Part shown: one piece after another, positions 1 through 10,248 of the stretch | Layout: each line of letters begins with the position of its first letter | Position numbering within the stretch: the first letter of the stretch is position 1 | Assembly (NCBI RefSeq): GCF_002087085.1 | Contig: NZ_MWQY01000006.1 | Span: 1-64,000 of the forward strand | Direction of reading: 5' to 3' | Length of the DNA: 64,000 bases | Program-made: the position numbers and the translations under genes | Notes under the pieces: model-generated | What the model was told of the DNA's origin: nothing | The model's database searches: none | What the model saw: only the letters and a program-made list of their open reading frames with translations

Positions 1-91
1 GGGGAAGACCATTCCTGCAAGCTGGGCGCACTTCGTGCTATCCAGTATCGCCCAGTCTGTCTTCCGGGGGAAGACCATACCATACCTGCAA
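1..91. repeat. REP-like palindromic/direct repeat, possibly cut by the window edge
   Basis: GGGGAAGACCAT occurs at 1-12 and 67-78, each followed shortly by CCTGCAA. Inverted pairs: CTGGGCG (22-28)/CGCCCAG (49-55) and GTCTTCC (59-65)/GGAAGAC (69-75, also 3-9). Confidence 0.5.
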
Positions 92-110
92 TTCAGCACC
101 GGTGACGGCA

Positions 111-602
111 CTATACCTCAACAACACTTTCCGTAACCATGTTCACGTCTTCAGTTGTTAATAATTTTTCACTATTGAGGATAACTAAAAATCTTTCATC
201 TAATTTTCCGATTCCACTGATGAAATCAGTATCCATATTGTTGTTAAATTTAGGTGGAGGATCGATTCGCTCCGGCAAGATTTCAAGTACCTCTTCTACA
301 GAATTGGCTATTATACCTATAGTGACAATTTGATTGTCTGACATAACCTCAATCAAAAGAATACATGTATCTACAGTATTTTCAGTAATCTTCAATCCAA
401 AGCGTTCACGAAGGTCTAAAACAGGAATAATCTCACCACGAACATTCATCACTCCTCGCATTACTGTCGGAGTTCCTGGGATTCTAGTAATAGTCCGAAA
501 TTCCAGCACCTCTTTTACTCGAGAAACTTCAATGGCATATTTCTCCTCGCCCAATGTAAAAGCAAGGTATTGATTGGTTGTAATTATATCGAAATCACCC
601 AT
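111..602 (-). CDS. cheW: Chemotaxis coupling protein CheW
   Basis: QYLAFTLGEEKYAIEVSRVKEV, GVMNVRGEIIPVLDLR, FISGIGK; GGAGGAG RBS upstream. Confidence 0.95.
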   Translation of the reverse strand: MGDFDIITTNQYLAFTLGEEKYAIEVSRVKEVLEFRTITRIPGTPTVMRGVMNVRGEIIPVLDLRERFGLKITENTVDTCILLIEVMSDNQIVTIGIIANSVEEVLEILPERIDPPPKFNNNMDTDFISGIGKLDERFLVILNSEKLLTTEDVNMVTESVVEV

Positions 603-698
603 AACTCCTCCTTAAAATAATCAAGCGATTATCAATTGAGTTTTCTTTTAAAAAATGATGTCAAACATCCCAAGTATCTATGAGATTAAAAGATTTAT

Positions 699-2834
699 TT
701 AGAATTCTTCAAAGTCTTTCGAATCGATTTCGTCTGCGTAGTTATTGCTACCTACAGTGCCGTCATTTTTCCATCTTTCTATTCTGTTAGTGTTTCTTTC
801 TTTTGAATGTAATCCCTGTTTTTCTGCTTCAGCGAGCAGTCTTATTCCTACCTCTTCTTTGCCTACATGTACTGTTTGTTTTTTTGCTGTTGGTGAGATA
901 TTTCTAGGAGCGGATAGTAAAGCTTGCTTTTTTTCTCTTTCAACATCATCTCTTATCTTAAAATAGGAAATGCTGCTCTCCAATCCTTCGGCCTGTCCGG
1001 AGAGTTCTTCGGCGACAGAAGCCATCTCTTCAGCTGCTGAGGCGTTTTCCTGAATTACCTGGTCTAATTGTGTTATAGCTGTATTGATTTGATCTACACC
1101 TGCGCTTTGCTCGCGACTTGCAGAACTAATCTCTTGTACAAGATCGGCTGTCTTCTTTATATTGGGCACCAATTGTTCGAGCATTTCTCTGGCTTTTTCG
1201 GCAACTGTTACAGTAGACGTTGAAAGTGAACTAATTTCTCCAGCTGCATCCTTACTCCTTGCAGCAAGCTTCCCGACTTCAGATGCCACAACAGCAAATC
1301 CCTTGCCGTGTTCACCAGCTCGTGCAGCTTCTATTGAGGCGTTTAATGAAAGCATATTCGTCTGACGCGCGATTTCTTCAATAATTACTATTTTCTCAGC
1401 TATACTCTTCATAGCTACAACAGCTTCCATAACCGCTTCTCCACTTTCTGTTGCATTTCCACTGGCCAGTGTAGCGATCTTTTCTGTTTCTGTAGCATGT
1501 TCAGCATTCTGCTTAATAATAGCACTCATTTGTTCCATCGAAGATGATACTTCTTCAACTGAAGAGGCCTGCTCCGTTGCACCTTGACTTATTTGTTCAG
1601 CGGAAGTACTCATCTGGTGACTCCCGGAGGATACTTGTGCAGAAGCATTTATTGCATCCGTTATAATACTCTCTAAGTTGGTTACCATCATCTCCAGAGA
1701 CTTTGACAATGTTCCTATTTCATCTTTACGATTCATACGTAGAGTTTCTCTTGTAAGATCACCTGTTGAAATTACCTGAAGTTGTTCAGAAATCTGCATA
1801 ATTGGTTTCGTAATGGACCGCACTAAAAGGAAAATAACTAAAATAGCAGCGAGGGAGAAAATAAATCCGATAATAAAACCATTCTGTAATAGGGCTATTT
1901 GTTGCACCCGAACCGTTTTTAAAGGTGAAGAAATTCCAAAACCCCACACTTCTTCAAAACCGGCGATTTTAAGCGGAACGGTAATAACAACAGATTGAAC
2001 CTTCTCTCCTCCCTCTGCTTTTTTTCTCTCGGAATAGATACTGCCTTGCTTGATCGACGTTCTGAATTCCTCAGGGTTTTGGAAATAGGCCCCTCCATCC
2101 GTCTGAACCAAGTTCTTCGTCGGATGTGCTACAACCATAGCGCTATTGGAGACCACAAAAGCATAACCGGTTTCAAATGGATGAATTTTATCAATAATAG
2201 CCTGAATTGAGTTTAATGGTACATCAACGCCAACAGCGCCGATTATTTCAGCATTTCGTTTAATTGGGATCGATAGTGTTGTCATTAGAACATCTTCACC
2301 ATCGACCTCGTAACTGAATGGCTCTAAGATTACGTGACCACTCTTCTTAAATACCTCCGTATACCATTCTTCTTTTGTATAACCGTCAAGGGATATAGCA
2401 GATAGCGAACCATTTGCCCTATTCCAATAGGAGGCAAAATGTCCTTCCTTAGTGTAGGGTGAAACATTCTTATATTCATCATCATTATTATCAAATTCAT
2501 TCGGTTCAAATGCGATCCATGTCCCTATGAACTCAGGATTCGAAACAAGTGCTCCTTTTACTGCTTTTAAAGCAAACTCCCTCTTGCTTTGGCTATCTAC
2601 AGGTACATATTCTTCTATTGTTCTAGCCAGCGAATGACCAACATTGTAAGCACTATCCAATAAGGCTGCCACATTCTTAGATTCTGTATGTGCAATCTGT
2701 TCACTTAGACTAATCACATCCTGTTCGAGCACTTTCGACTGCTGGTAAATTATAATCCCAACAACAAGACCGATAGCAATAATAAACAAGGATACCAACG
2801 GTAATAGCATTTTAGTTCTTAATTTCATCATCAC
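699..2834 (-). CDS. Methyl-accepting chemotaxis protein (dCache, HAMP, MA) with C-terminal pentapeptide DFEEF
   Basis: Two TM segments around a Cache-like region (WY...EPF); signalling motif [33 protein letters not shown]. Confidence 0.95.
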   Translation of the reverse strand: MMMKLRTKMLLPLVSLFIIAIGLVVGIIIYQQSKVLEQDVISLSEQIAHTESKNVAALLDSAYNVGHSLARTIEEYVPVDSQSKREFALKAVKGALVSNPEFIGTWIAFEPNEFDNNDDEYKNVSPYTKEGHFASYWNRANGSLSAISLDGYTKEEWYTEVFKKSGHVILEPFSYEVDGEDVLMTTLSIPIKRNAEIIGAVGVDVPLNSIQAIIDKIHPFETGYAFVVSNSAMVVAHPTKNLVQTDGGAYFQNPEEFRTSIKQGSIYSERKKAEGGEKVQSVVITVPLKIAGFEEVWGFGISSPLKTVRVQQIALLQNGFIIGFIFSLAAILVIFLLVRSITKPIMQISEQLQVISTGDLTRETLRMNRKDEIGTLSKSLEMMVTNLESIITDAINASAQVSSGSHQMSTSAEQISQGATEQASSVEEVSSSMEQMSAIIKQNAEHATETEKIATLASGNATESGEAVMEAVVAMKSIAEKIVIIEEIARQTNMLSLNASIEAARAGEHGKGFAVVASEVGKLAARSKDAAGEISSLSTSTVTVAEKAREMLEQLVPNIKKTADLVQEISSASREQSAGVDQINTAITQLDQVIQENASAAEEMASVAEELSGQAEGLESSISYFKIRDDVEREKKQALLSAPRNISPTAKKQTVHVGKEEVGIRLLAEAEKQGLHSKERNTNRIERWKNDGTVGSNNYADEIDSKDFEEF

Positions 2835-3333
2835 TCTCCTGGTGAATAACTCGATGGATGCATACAGCCATCACTGATAGCGTGATCAGATCAATAAATG
2901 ATTCAAAATGGTATACAAAACCACGCCAAACCTTATCAATATATTCTTGTCATGTAACTTATTGTACTACATTAAGACATTTGAGATGCTGAGTCTACTA
3001 CATAAAATCATTTATCAATCCATATTTGGCGGGTTTCTTAGATTCAAGCCATTTACAGTTTCTGCCGAGTTTACTATTTAGAAAGTCTGAATATATGAGA
3101 GAAATAGAAATAAATCACCAAGGTATAAAGATCAGCATATTCTGCTTACTAATTCTTCAAACGATTGCCGCACACTCTTTCCGGCGGTATCTAAGCTAGT
3201 ATATTCCGGGGATGCTAATCCCGCTTCCGGATTTCTTCCCGGGATGACAACTTCAAACCTTCTATTTCCGGTATCCTGTCTGTTTTTATAAAGCAATTTT
3301 CCTTGGCGATTGGTTGAGTACAACGGACATCGG

Positions 3334-4863
3334 TCAGGGAGCAGAACTCCGGCTGCCGTTTATCCGTACCTTTCTAAAGGAGACACTTCCGCTTTCTGCA
3401 AAAAAGCCCCACTTGCCGTGATTGACGGACATATGAAGGCTGTCAGTAAGAGTACCGTTACAGTAAACATCCAGAAAGAATCCCATCAGTACCAGCGTTA
3501 TCAGGCAGTCTTCTGTTGCCGGCGTTTTTCTCATTCCGGGGGGAAGAGGAACCTCGGTTACCGGGACAAAGATCCATCCGATCTCCCCTATAGAACAGCC
3601 GCAGATCCGCAGCAGCGACTTCTCATAATCCATCATAACGGCCGTGCCTTCATTGTCTTCAGTACTGTAATGAACAAGAAAGCCGCAGCTTCTGCATGCA
3701 CCTTCCGGCTGTGAAGAGATATACAGCCGGTCATAATCACAGAGATCAAGATACACCGAGAATCCCCGGTCTGCCGACCCCTCCACGGTCTCGGTGTCCG
3801 GATGCTTCCAGTTCCGGGAGTTCCTGTCTGACTGAGGATGGCATGTAAAATTTCGGCTGTTCAAATCCATGCTGTATAAGTCTTTCAGAAACAGGGATGA
3901 CAGAGCTTTCGGCAGTACCAGTTCCGGTTTCTCATTCCGGAAGATCATCTTTTTCGGCATTGCCCAGGAACCGCGGAAGGATCCTCTGTTTTTAAGAGTA
4001 TTGGGAAACACGTTGTTGTAATAAAATATACGCCCTTCGGAAGCATTGGAAGGACAGGCGATACTCCGCCCCGCGTAATTGTGCAGAGAACCGGAAGGAG
4101 AGCCCAGCAGCAGGCTGTTTTCCGGTTCAATATACGGACCATCAATCCCCTCGCTCACCAGATACCTGATACCGCTGGCGCCTCTCGGCCATTCCCGGCT
4201 CCTGCATGAGTGCCACTCCCCGCAGGAGAAAAGCAAGTACCACCGGTCGTGGAAGAAAAAAACATCCGGGACTTCCAGAAATCCGTAATTCCCGGAGACA
4301 TGAACGGGGGGCCCGATCTCCCAGTCGAGCAGATTATCGGAGACAGCATGAGCAATGGCCCCTCCGCCGTTGAGCCCCCCCTCACTGACACGTGCACAAA
4401 GGAAGAGATGGAAGGTCCCCTGACTATCACGTTGTATACAGGGGTCCCGCCATGCCGCATGATGTAAGGGGGTGCCGCCGACATCAGTCTCATACCACCG
4501 CGGGTCGGGAGCCAACAGCGGTTCCTCACTATACTTTTCCCACCGGTTCAGGTCGGGAGAAACCGCCAGACCAAGAAGCTGAAGGTGTCCCCTTCTTGCA
4601 CCGTAGAACATATAATATGAATCCCGGAACCTGATCACCGTACCGGTCAGCAGAAAACCGGCATCCCATTGCCGGCCTGTACCCATACGGATAACAGGCC
4701 CAAGGTCCTTCCAGTTCAACAAATCAGAAGAGACCGCATGATTAATGGCATCGGAGCGCCGGCCGGAATATTTGGTCAAATGAAAAAGGTGGTAAGTGCC
4801 GTTGTCATTATAAAGCCAGCTGTCCCAGAGGATTCTCCGTGTATCTGAAGGTGTAAAGAGCAT
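3334..4863 (-). CDS. Clan GH-J (GH32-like) five-bladed beta-propeller glycoside hydrolase, probably cytoplasmic
   Basis: LWDSW, HAVSSDLLNW, WRDP, LEVPD motifs. Start placed at ATG 4863 because of a GGGAGA RBS; the ORF extends to 4881. Confidence 0.8.
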   Translation of the reverse strand: MLFTPSDTRRILWDSWLYNDNGTYHLFHLTKYSGRRSDAINHAVSSDLLNWKDLGPVIRMGTGRQWDAGFLLTGTVIRFRDSYYMFYGARRGHLQLLGLAVSPDLNRWEKYSEEPLLAPDPRWYETDVGGTPLHHAAWRDPCIQRDSQGTFHLFLCARVSEGGLNGGGAIAHAVSDNLLDWEIGPPVHVSGNYGFLEVPDVFFFHDRWYLLFSCGEWHSCRSREWPRGASGIRYLVSEGIDGPYIEPENSLLLGSPSGSLHNYAGRSIACPSNASEGRIFYYNNVFPNTLKNRGSFRGSWAMPKKMIFRNEKPELVLPKALSSLFLKDLYSMDLNSRNFTCHPQSDRNSRNWKHPDTETVEGSADRGFSVYLDLCDYDRLYISSQPEGACRSCGFLVHYSTEDNEGTAVMMDYEKSLLRICGCSIGEIGWIFVPVTEVPLPPGMRKTPATEDCLITLVLMGFFLDVYCNGTLTDSLHMSVNHGKWGFFAESGSVSFRKVRINGSRSSAP

Positions 4864-4897
4864 GAAGGATCTCCCGTACATCTGGAATTTCAGCAGT

Positions 4898-5740
4898 TCA
4901 GCCTACGACGCTTCCTTCGGTCAGGCCGCTGGTAATGTATTTCTGCATAAAAAGGTACATAATAACTACGGGAATTGTGGTGAGGATGCCTCCGGCCATG
5001 AGTACATTCCACTCCACCAGGTATTCGCTGATGGAGGCCACCAGCGAGACCGTTAACAGCCGCTTACTCTCGGTAAGGATGAGAGTATTGGCAAACATGA
5101 ATTCGTTCCAGGCAAGGATAAAGCAGAAAACCCCTGTGGTGGCGACACCAGGAGAAGAAAGGGGAACGATAATCCTGAAAAAGGCCCCCATTCTTGAACA
5201 GCCGTCTATCATTGCCGCCTCTTCAAGCTGCTTCGGAACATTTCGGAAGAATCCCCGCAGCATCCAGATAGCCAGAGGAAGGGAAAATACCGTAAAGGCA
5301 AGAATCAGGCCACTGTAGGTATCGATCAGGTTTATGTGCCGCAGAAAGATGAAGAAGGGAACAAGAAAAACCACGGGAGGGAACATTCGTGTTACCAGAA
5401 TTCCCAGGATCAACAAACGTTCCCCGGGTATGCGGAATCTCGCCAGAGCATATCCTCCCAGAGATCCGATAAGCACCGAAACACAGGCCGTCATAAGGGA
5501 GACATACAGGGTGTTCCCGAAATAGGTGCCGAAGCGCATGGTCTGCCATCCGCGGATAAAGTTCTGAATGTCAAAGGAATCGGGCAGAAAGCTTGGAGGA
5601 TAGCGCAGGGTTTCCGGGTTTGACTTAAAAGATGTCAAAAACATCCACAGAAAGGGAGCAAGGACAAACAACGTAAGCAGCAGCAGCGCGGCATGAACAT
5701 AGACGGTTTTTATCAGGATTCGTCGCTGTATCGCAGTCAT
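4898..5740 (-). CDS. Carbohydrate ABC transporter permease (MalG-like)
   Basis: EAA loop LEEAAMIDGCS; FILAWNEF. Confidence 0.95.
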   Translation of the reverse strand: MTAIQRRILIKTVYVHAALLLLTLFVLAPFLWMFLTSFKSNPETLRYPPSFLPDSFDIQNFIRGWQTMRFGTYFGNTLYVSLMTACVSVLIGSLGGYALARFRIPGERLLILGILVTRMFPPVVFLVPFFIFLRHINLIDTYSGLILAFTVFSLPLAIWMLRGFFRNVPKQLEEAAMIDGCSRMGAFFRIIVPLSSPGVATTGVFCFILAWNEFMFANTLILTESKRLLTVSLVASISEYLVEWNVLMAGGILTTIPVVIMYLFMQKYITSGLTEGSVVG

Positions 5741-5754
5741 CGTATCGTTACCAC

Positions 5755-6651
5755 CTATTCACTCAGATTTTTACCTTCAACCTTGTAAAGATAGAACCCT
5801 ATAATAATCAGCAGAATCGAAACCATGATCAGGGACTGGGCGGATGCCAGCCCGAAGTTGTATCTGGAAAAAGCAACATTATATATCTGGGTCGAGAGGA
5901 TCTCGGTTGAGTTAACAGGACCTCCTTTTGTCATGACCCAGATCATATTGAAACTGTTGAAAGTCCAGATGGTAATGAGGGTACTGGCAACAACTATCGA
6001 AGACCGCAAAAAAGGCAGGGTTATATTGAGGAAGCATTTCCATGGCGAAGCGCCGTCCATTTCAGCAGCCTCATAGAGACTTCTCGGAATCTGCTGAAGC
6101 GCGGCGAGAAAAATAATCGTGCTTAAGGGAAACTCCTTCCAGACCCTGGCAATCACAACCCAGATCCGTGCCCAGACCGGATGGCCCAGCCATGGAATGG
6201 AATCGCTGATGAACCCCAGCTTCAGGGCCAGATAGTTCACAAGACCGAAGTCAGGATGAAGCAGCCACATCCAGTTCAAAGCAGCCACCGAGGCAGGGAT
6301 AGCCCAGGGAATAAGTATTGCCGCTTTGTACACCAGCAATCCTTTCACCTTCTGGTTCAACAGCAGGGCGATAACAAGCCCGAATAGAATCTGTCCTGCC
6401 ACATTGGCGAAGGTCCACCAGATTGTATTAAGAAAGGAATACCAGAACTGGGAAGAAGTAACACTGGCTGCGTAATTATCCAGGCCGATGAAAGGAATCC
6501 CCCGCTGCATGGTCATCAAATTATAGCGGAACAGACTCATGAATAGACCGATAATCACCGGTACGATCACCACGATAATCAGAATGATCAGGCTGGGGCT
6601 TATAAGGACCAGGCTGAGGTTTTTTCTGCTGAATTTGCTTACTGCGGACAT
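5755..6651 (-). CDS. Carbohydrate ABC transporter permease (MalF-like)
   Basis: LYEAAEMDGAS; MTKGGP; multiple TM segments. Confidence 0.95.
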   Translation of the reverse strand: MSAVSKFSRKNLSLVLISPSLIILIIVVIVPVIIGLFMSLFRYNLMTMQRGIPFIGLDNYAASVTSSQFWYSFLNTIWWTFANVAGQILFGLVIALLLNQKVKGLLVYKAAILIPWAIPASVAALNWMWLLHPDFGLVNYLALKLGFISDSIPWLGHPVWARIWVVIARVWKEFPLSTIIFLAALQQIPRSLYEAAEMDGASPWKCFLNITLPFLRSSIVVASTLITIWTFNSFNMIWVMTKGGPVNSTEILSTQIYNVAFSRYNFGLASAQSLIMVSILLIIIGFYLYKVEGKNLSE

Positions 6652-6738
6652 TGTCGCTGTACTTTCCTTTAGAGACGACGGGCTGTGCCCAACCCGTCGC
6701 CATATAAATCGACTGCGGTACCGGTTCTGCCTGACTGC

Positions 6739-8037
6739 TCAGCGCCTGACTTCATCCAGCTGGGCCTGCATCCGGACCGCCGCATCATCAAGAGCTGCCA
6801 GGGGGTCACGGTTGTTGACAAACACCTCTTCAAAAGCTATGCCCAATTCTGTTCTGCTGTGGTCGCCGATAACCGAGGCATGGTTTATTCCGTAGGGGAA
6901 CTCCCTTAAAAAAACCTTCAGAAGGGGGTCGTTTACAAACTCGCTGTCCGCGGCATCGACCCGGGAAGAGAAGCGACCATAGTCAAACACTACCCACATG
7001 CGCTCCCGGTCGGTCAGAAAATCTATCCATTTATATGCCGCATCTTTAACCCTGGAACCGGCGGAGATTACAAGACTGCTTCCGCCCATACTGACGGCAC
7101 GGCGTTTCTGCATGGGGTGAGGGGCCACAGCAAACTCGAAATCAGGTTCCGCACTGCGCAGGGGATCGAGCTCCCAGTCTCCGGCAATATACATGGCTAT
7201 ACGTTTTCCAAGAAAGGCGTTTCGAACATCATCCCAGCGGTCGTAACCGACTGCCCCCGGAGGAACCACTTTGTGGACAGTAAAAAGCTCTGCGAACCAC
7301 TTGAAAGCCTCCTGTCCTTCAGGTGAGTTTACGACGATCTTCTTTCCGTCATCACTGATAATCTGCCCACCGTTGGCAATCAGAAAGGGAAACCATCCGT
7401 AGGAAGCTCCGCGGCCGCTGCGAATACCAAAGCCGTACTGGTCAATCCTGCCGTCCCCGTCCAGATCTTTTGTAAGGGCCTTTGCAACCTTGAGAAAACT
7501 GTCCCAGTTGTAAGGTTTTTCCAGGGAAGGGAGGGGAAGTCCTGCTTCTTCAAACATGGTTTTGTTGTAAATCAGGGCAGTCGCGTCGGACATCCACGGT
7601 ACAGCATAAATATTGCCTTCATAGCTGCTGGATTTAAAAGCGCTCGTGTTTATCTCGTCGATTTTGCCGCTCTGTTTCAGGTAACCATCTACTGGTTCCA
7701 GAATACCCATTGCGGCGAGCTCCACGGGCCAGGTTGTCGCCACATGAATAACATCCGCCGCGACACCGGACATGCTGGATGTTATGATCTTTTCCATCAG
7801 CCCCCTGTGGGGAGTGTTTTCTATCCGTACATCGATATCAGGATTGAGCTCCATGAATTCCTGCTGTGCCTTGACGAGGGCAAGTTCATCACCGGCAGCC
7901 ATTTCATCATAGACCCACATCGTCACCGTGGTTACGGAGGAGGTCTCTTCTTCCTGTCCTGCAGCGGACATGGGAGAAATAAAAAGCAGTAACATCATAC
8001 AGGTGAGAACGCAAACGACAATGTTTCTTTTACTCAT
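6739..8037 (-). CDS. Carbohydrate ABC transporter substrate-binding protein
   Basis: Signal peptide; YAVPW, LIYNKTMFEEAG, DLDGDGRIDQYG motifs of family 1 SBPs. Confidence 0.93.
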   Translation of the reverse strand: MSKRNIVVCVLTCMMLLLFISPMSAAGQEEETSSVTTVTMWVYDEMAAGDELALVKAQQEFMELNPDIDVRIENTPHRGLMEKIITSSMSGVAADVIHVATTWPVELAAMGILEPVDGYLKQSGKIDEINTSAFKSSSYEGNIYAVPWMSDATALIYNKTMFEEAGLPLPSLEKPYNWDSFLKVAKALTKDLDGDGRIDQYGFGIRSGRGASYGWFPFLIANGGQIISDDGKKIVVNSPEGQEAFKWFAELFTVHKVVPPGAVGYDRWDDVRNAFLGKRIAMYIAGDWELDPLRSAEPDFEFAVAPHPMQKRRAVSMGGSSLVISAGSRVKDAAYKWIDFLTDRERMWVVFDYGRFSSRVDAADSEFVNDPLLKVFLREFPYGINHASVIGDHSRTELGIAFEEVFVNNRDPLAALDDAAVRMQAQLDEVRR

Positions 8038-8207
8038 ATCTTTACTCCTTTATTCTTTTTCTTTTCAGCTTATCGGGTCCGGACCTTACCCACGGTCCCA
8101 ACGCAGAACCAGAATAAACCAGTCTCTTGCACAGAGCCAGTTATCATCGTACTGAAAAGAGTACTGTTTTTACCGGTACTCATCTGTTGAACAGGAGAAA
8201 GGATCAG

Positions 8208-8867
8208 CTAAAGAGGGATCGAATCAATATCCAGATTGCTCAGAAGCCGTATGGCTTCCAGCCGGGTCCCGACACCAAGCTTTGAATAGATTTCACTCAT
8301 ATGGTTACGGATTGTCTGGGGAGTTACACACATTTCTTCCGATATCTGCCGGTTATCCAGCCCCCGGGCTATGAACTTGAGAAGTTCCCGTTCCCGTTTC
8401 GTCAGCGTCAGCATCCAGGGGGGAATAGCGCTGTCTGGGGCTGGAAGCTGATGGGGATCTCTTAGCAGCTTCTGGACAACCCCGGGGGAAACAATCACCT
8501 GCCCGGACATTACCACATGAATAGCCTGGATAAGGTCAGCAGGAGGCATGTCTTTCAGCAGATACCCTATTGCGCCGTGAGAGAGGGCTTCATGGATATA
8601 CTCATCATCATCAAAGGTTGTGAGCATGATAATGCGGGTGGAAGGCCTTACAGGATGAACCCTTTCCACAACAGCCACCCCGTCTATTGCAGGCATGCGG
8701 ACATCAAGCAGAGCAATGTCGGGAGAATGCTGCAGGATCATCTCAACAGCCTGTTTGCCGCTGTGTGCGACCCCCACTATCTGAATATCCCCGGAAAGTT
8801 GTTCCAGCACATACTTGAGGTTTTCAACAAAGAGGAGCTGATCATCTGCAAGGACAACTCTAATCAT
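8208..8867 (-). CDS. NarL/LuxR-family response regulator
   Basis: MIRVVLADDQ, LLDVRMP, LTTFDDDEY receiver domain; LTKRERE...HMSEIYSKL HTH. Start 8867 overlaps the kinase stop. Confidence 0.93.
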   Translation of the reverse strand: MIRVVLADDQLLFVENLKYVLEQLSGDIQIVGVAHSGKQAVEMILQHSPDIALLDVRMPAIDGVAVVERVHPVRPSTRIIMLTTFDDDEYIHEALSHGAIGYLLKDMPPADLIQAIHVVMSGQVIVSPGVVQKLLRDPHQLPAPDSAIPPWMLTLTKRERELLKFIARGLDNRQISEEMCVTPQTIRNHMSEIYSKLGVGTRLEAIRLLSNLDIDSIPL

Positions 8868-10119
8868 ATGCGGATACCATCTTCCTTTCACTTTTACAAG
8901 GCAGACCATCCTTCGGCAGCTCCACAGTAAGCTTGAAGCCCCCGGACAGGTTTCTGAAATGGATCGTCCCGCCCATGGATTCCACCCGTTCACGCATTCC
9001 TGCTAATCCGACTCCTTCAGATATGCCTGAAGAACCGCTTCCCCGTCCGTTGTCGGTTATATTGAGAATGATCATGTCTCCCGCCTGCTGCAGATGCACC
9101 AGCACCCTGTCCGCTTTTCCATGACGGAACGCGTTGGTGAGTCCTTCCTGCATGGACCGGTACAATACTATCCCTATCCCCGGGGGCAAATCAACAGGAG
9201 TGTTGGTCAATTCAAGGGCAAGCTCCACCCCGGTAGCCCGGGCAAAGGTTTCGGCAAGACGAGTCAGTCTCAGGCAGGTAGAGATGTTCTCAGCTTCGAC
9301 TTCCCTGAGAATACGTACAGCCCTGCGTGTATCCTTGAGACAACGTCCGGCCTCTTCCCTTGTGTCGCGAATATATTGACGCAGCTTGCCGTTATCCGCA
9401 GGAGAAAGCAGCAGCATGGCTTCCAGCATCATGACGATGTTCATAAGGGTGTGGCCGACGCTGTCATGAATCTCTCTGGAGATCCGTTTTCTCTCCTCGA
9501 GGGCTGCCGCATGTCTGGCATTCTGGGCGTAATCCTGAAAGGACTGATTGGCTTTGACAAGTTCGCTTACTGCAGTATCAAGAGAGTCGGTAATCTCCCG
9601 CCCTTCATGAAGATGCTGCACTGTTGCTTTGATATACTCGGCTGCCACCGCTGCCGCGGTCAGGAGCAGAAGGGAGGCAAAGACAGAACCGGGACCAGGA
9701 GAAACAAGTTCAGCCCCATACCAGTTTGCTTCCGGTAACCACAGTAAGAATGTGGTTCCCAGACTTAGCGCAATAATCGACAGGGACCCATGCAGGATCG
9801 ACGGAAAATAAATACCGCTCTGTAAAACCAGTACAAGCAGAACCAGAGATTCCGCCAGCAGGGGTTCTTGGGCGGGAATAAGGATCACCAGAATAAAGAA
9901 AAGCTGACATAAGAAAAGAAGGATCCTCAAGGACCGTGAAGGCAGCCAGATAAATATGAGAGATAAGGAAAGAGACAGGGAGACAAGAACAGCCAGCTGT
10001 AAAATCCATGAAGACGGATACGGTCTTCCAGGAACCAGGTTCAAAAAAGCGGTCAATGCAGAGAGGTGGCAGGCTATAGAGAAAAGAGAAAGGATCCATT
10101 CCATTTTACGCTCTGCCAT
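8860..10119 (-). CDS. Membrane sensor histidine kinase, HisKA_3 (NarX/DesK-like)
   Basis: About 5 TM segments; ERKRISREIHDSVGH H-box; EGLTNAFRHG; DNGRG; GVGLAGMRER. Confidence 0.93.
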   Translation of the reverse strand: MAERKMEWILSLFSIACHLSALTAFLNLVPGRPYPSSWILQLAVLVSLSLSLSLIFIWLPSRSLRILLFLCQLFFILVILIPAQEPLLAESLVLLVLVLQSGIYFPSILHGSLSIIALSLGTTFLLWLPEANWYGAELVSPGPGSVFASLLLLTAAAVAAEYIKATVQHLHEGREITDSLDTAVSELVKANQSFQDYAQNARHAAALEERKRISREIHDSVGHTLMNIVMMLEAMLLLSPADNGKLRQYIRDTREEAGRCLKDTRRAVRILREVEAENISTCLRLTRLAETFARATGVELALELTNTPVDLPPGIGIVLYRSMQEGLTNAFRHGKADRVLVHLQQAGDMIILNITDNGRGSGSSGISEGVGLAGMRERVESMGGTIHFRNLSGGFKLTVELPKDGLPCKSERKMVSAYD

Positions 10120-10248
10120 ATTACGCCTCCCCTAGGGGAGTATCCTTTTCAATCTTCGATCCTGAAACCTCAGGCAGAAAAAATCAAGAGTGCTGCCTGC
10201 CGATCAGGCAGTAATATTCCAGGACCGTTTTCATACACTTTCAAAGAT

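Noticed and set aside
1..91. CRISPR array
   Set aside because: Only two imperfect copies, the intervening sequence is itself palindromic, and there are no cas genes in the window.
2835..3130. c-di-GMP riboswitch or sigma54/sigma28 promoter upstream of the MCP
   Set aside because: No GEMM core found; TGGCGTGGTTTTGTA has wrong -24/-12 spacing and lacks the GC; no convincing sigma28 box.
3132..3323. 63-aa ORF at the edge of the AT-rich segment
   Set aside because: TTG start, no clear RBS and no motif; could be a gene remnant but unsupported.
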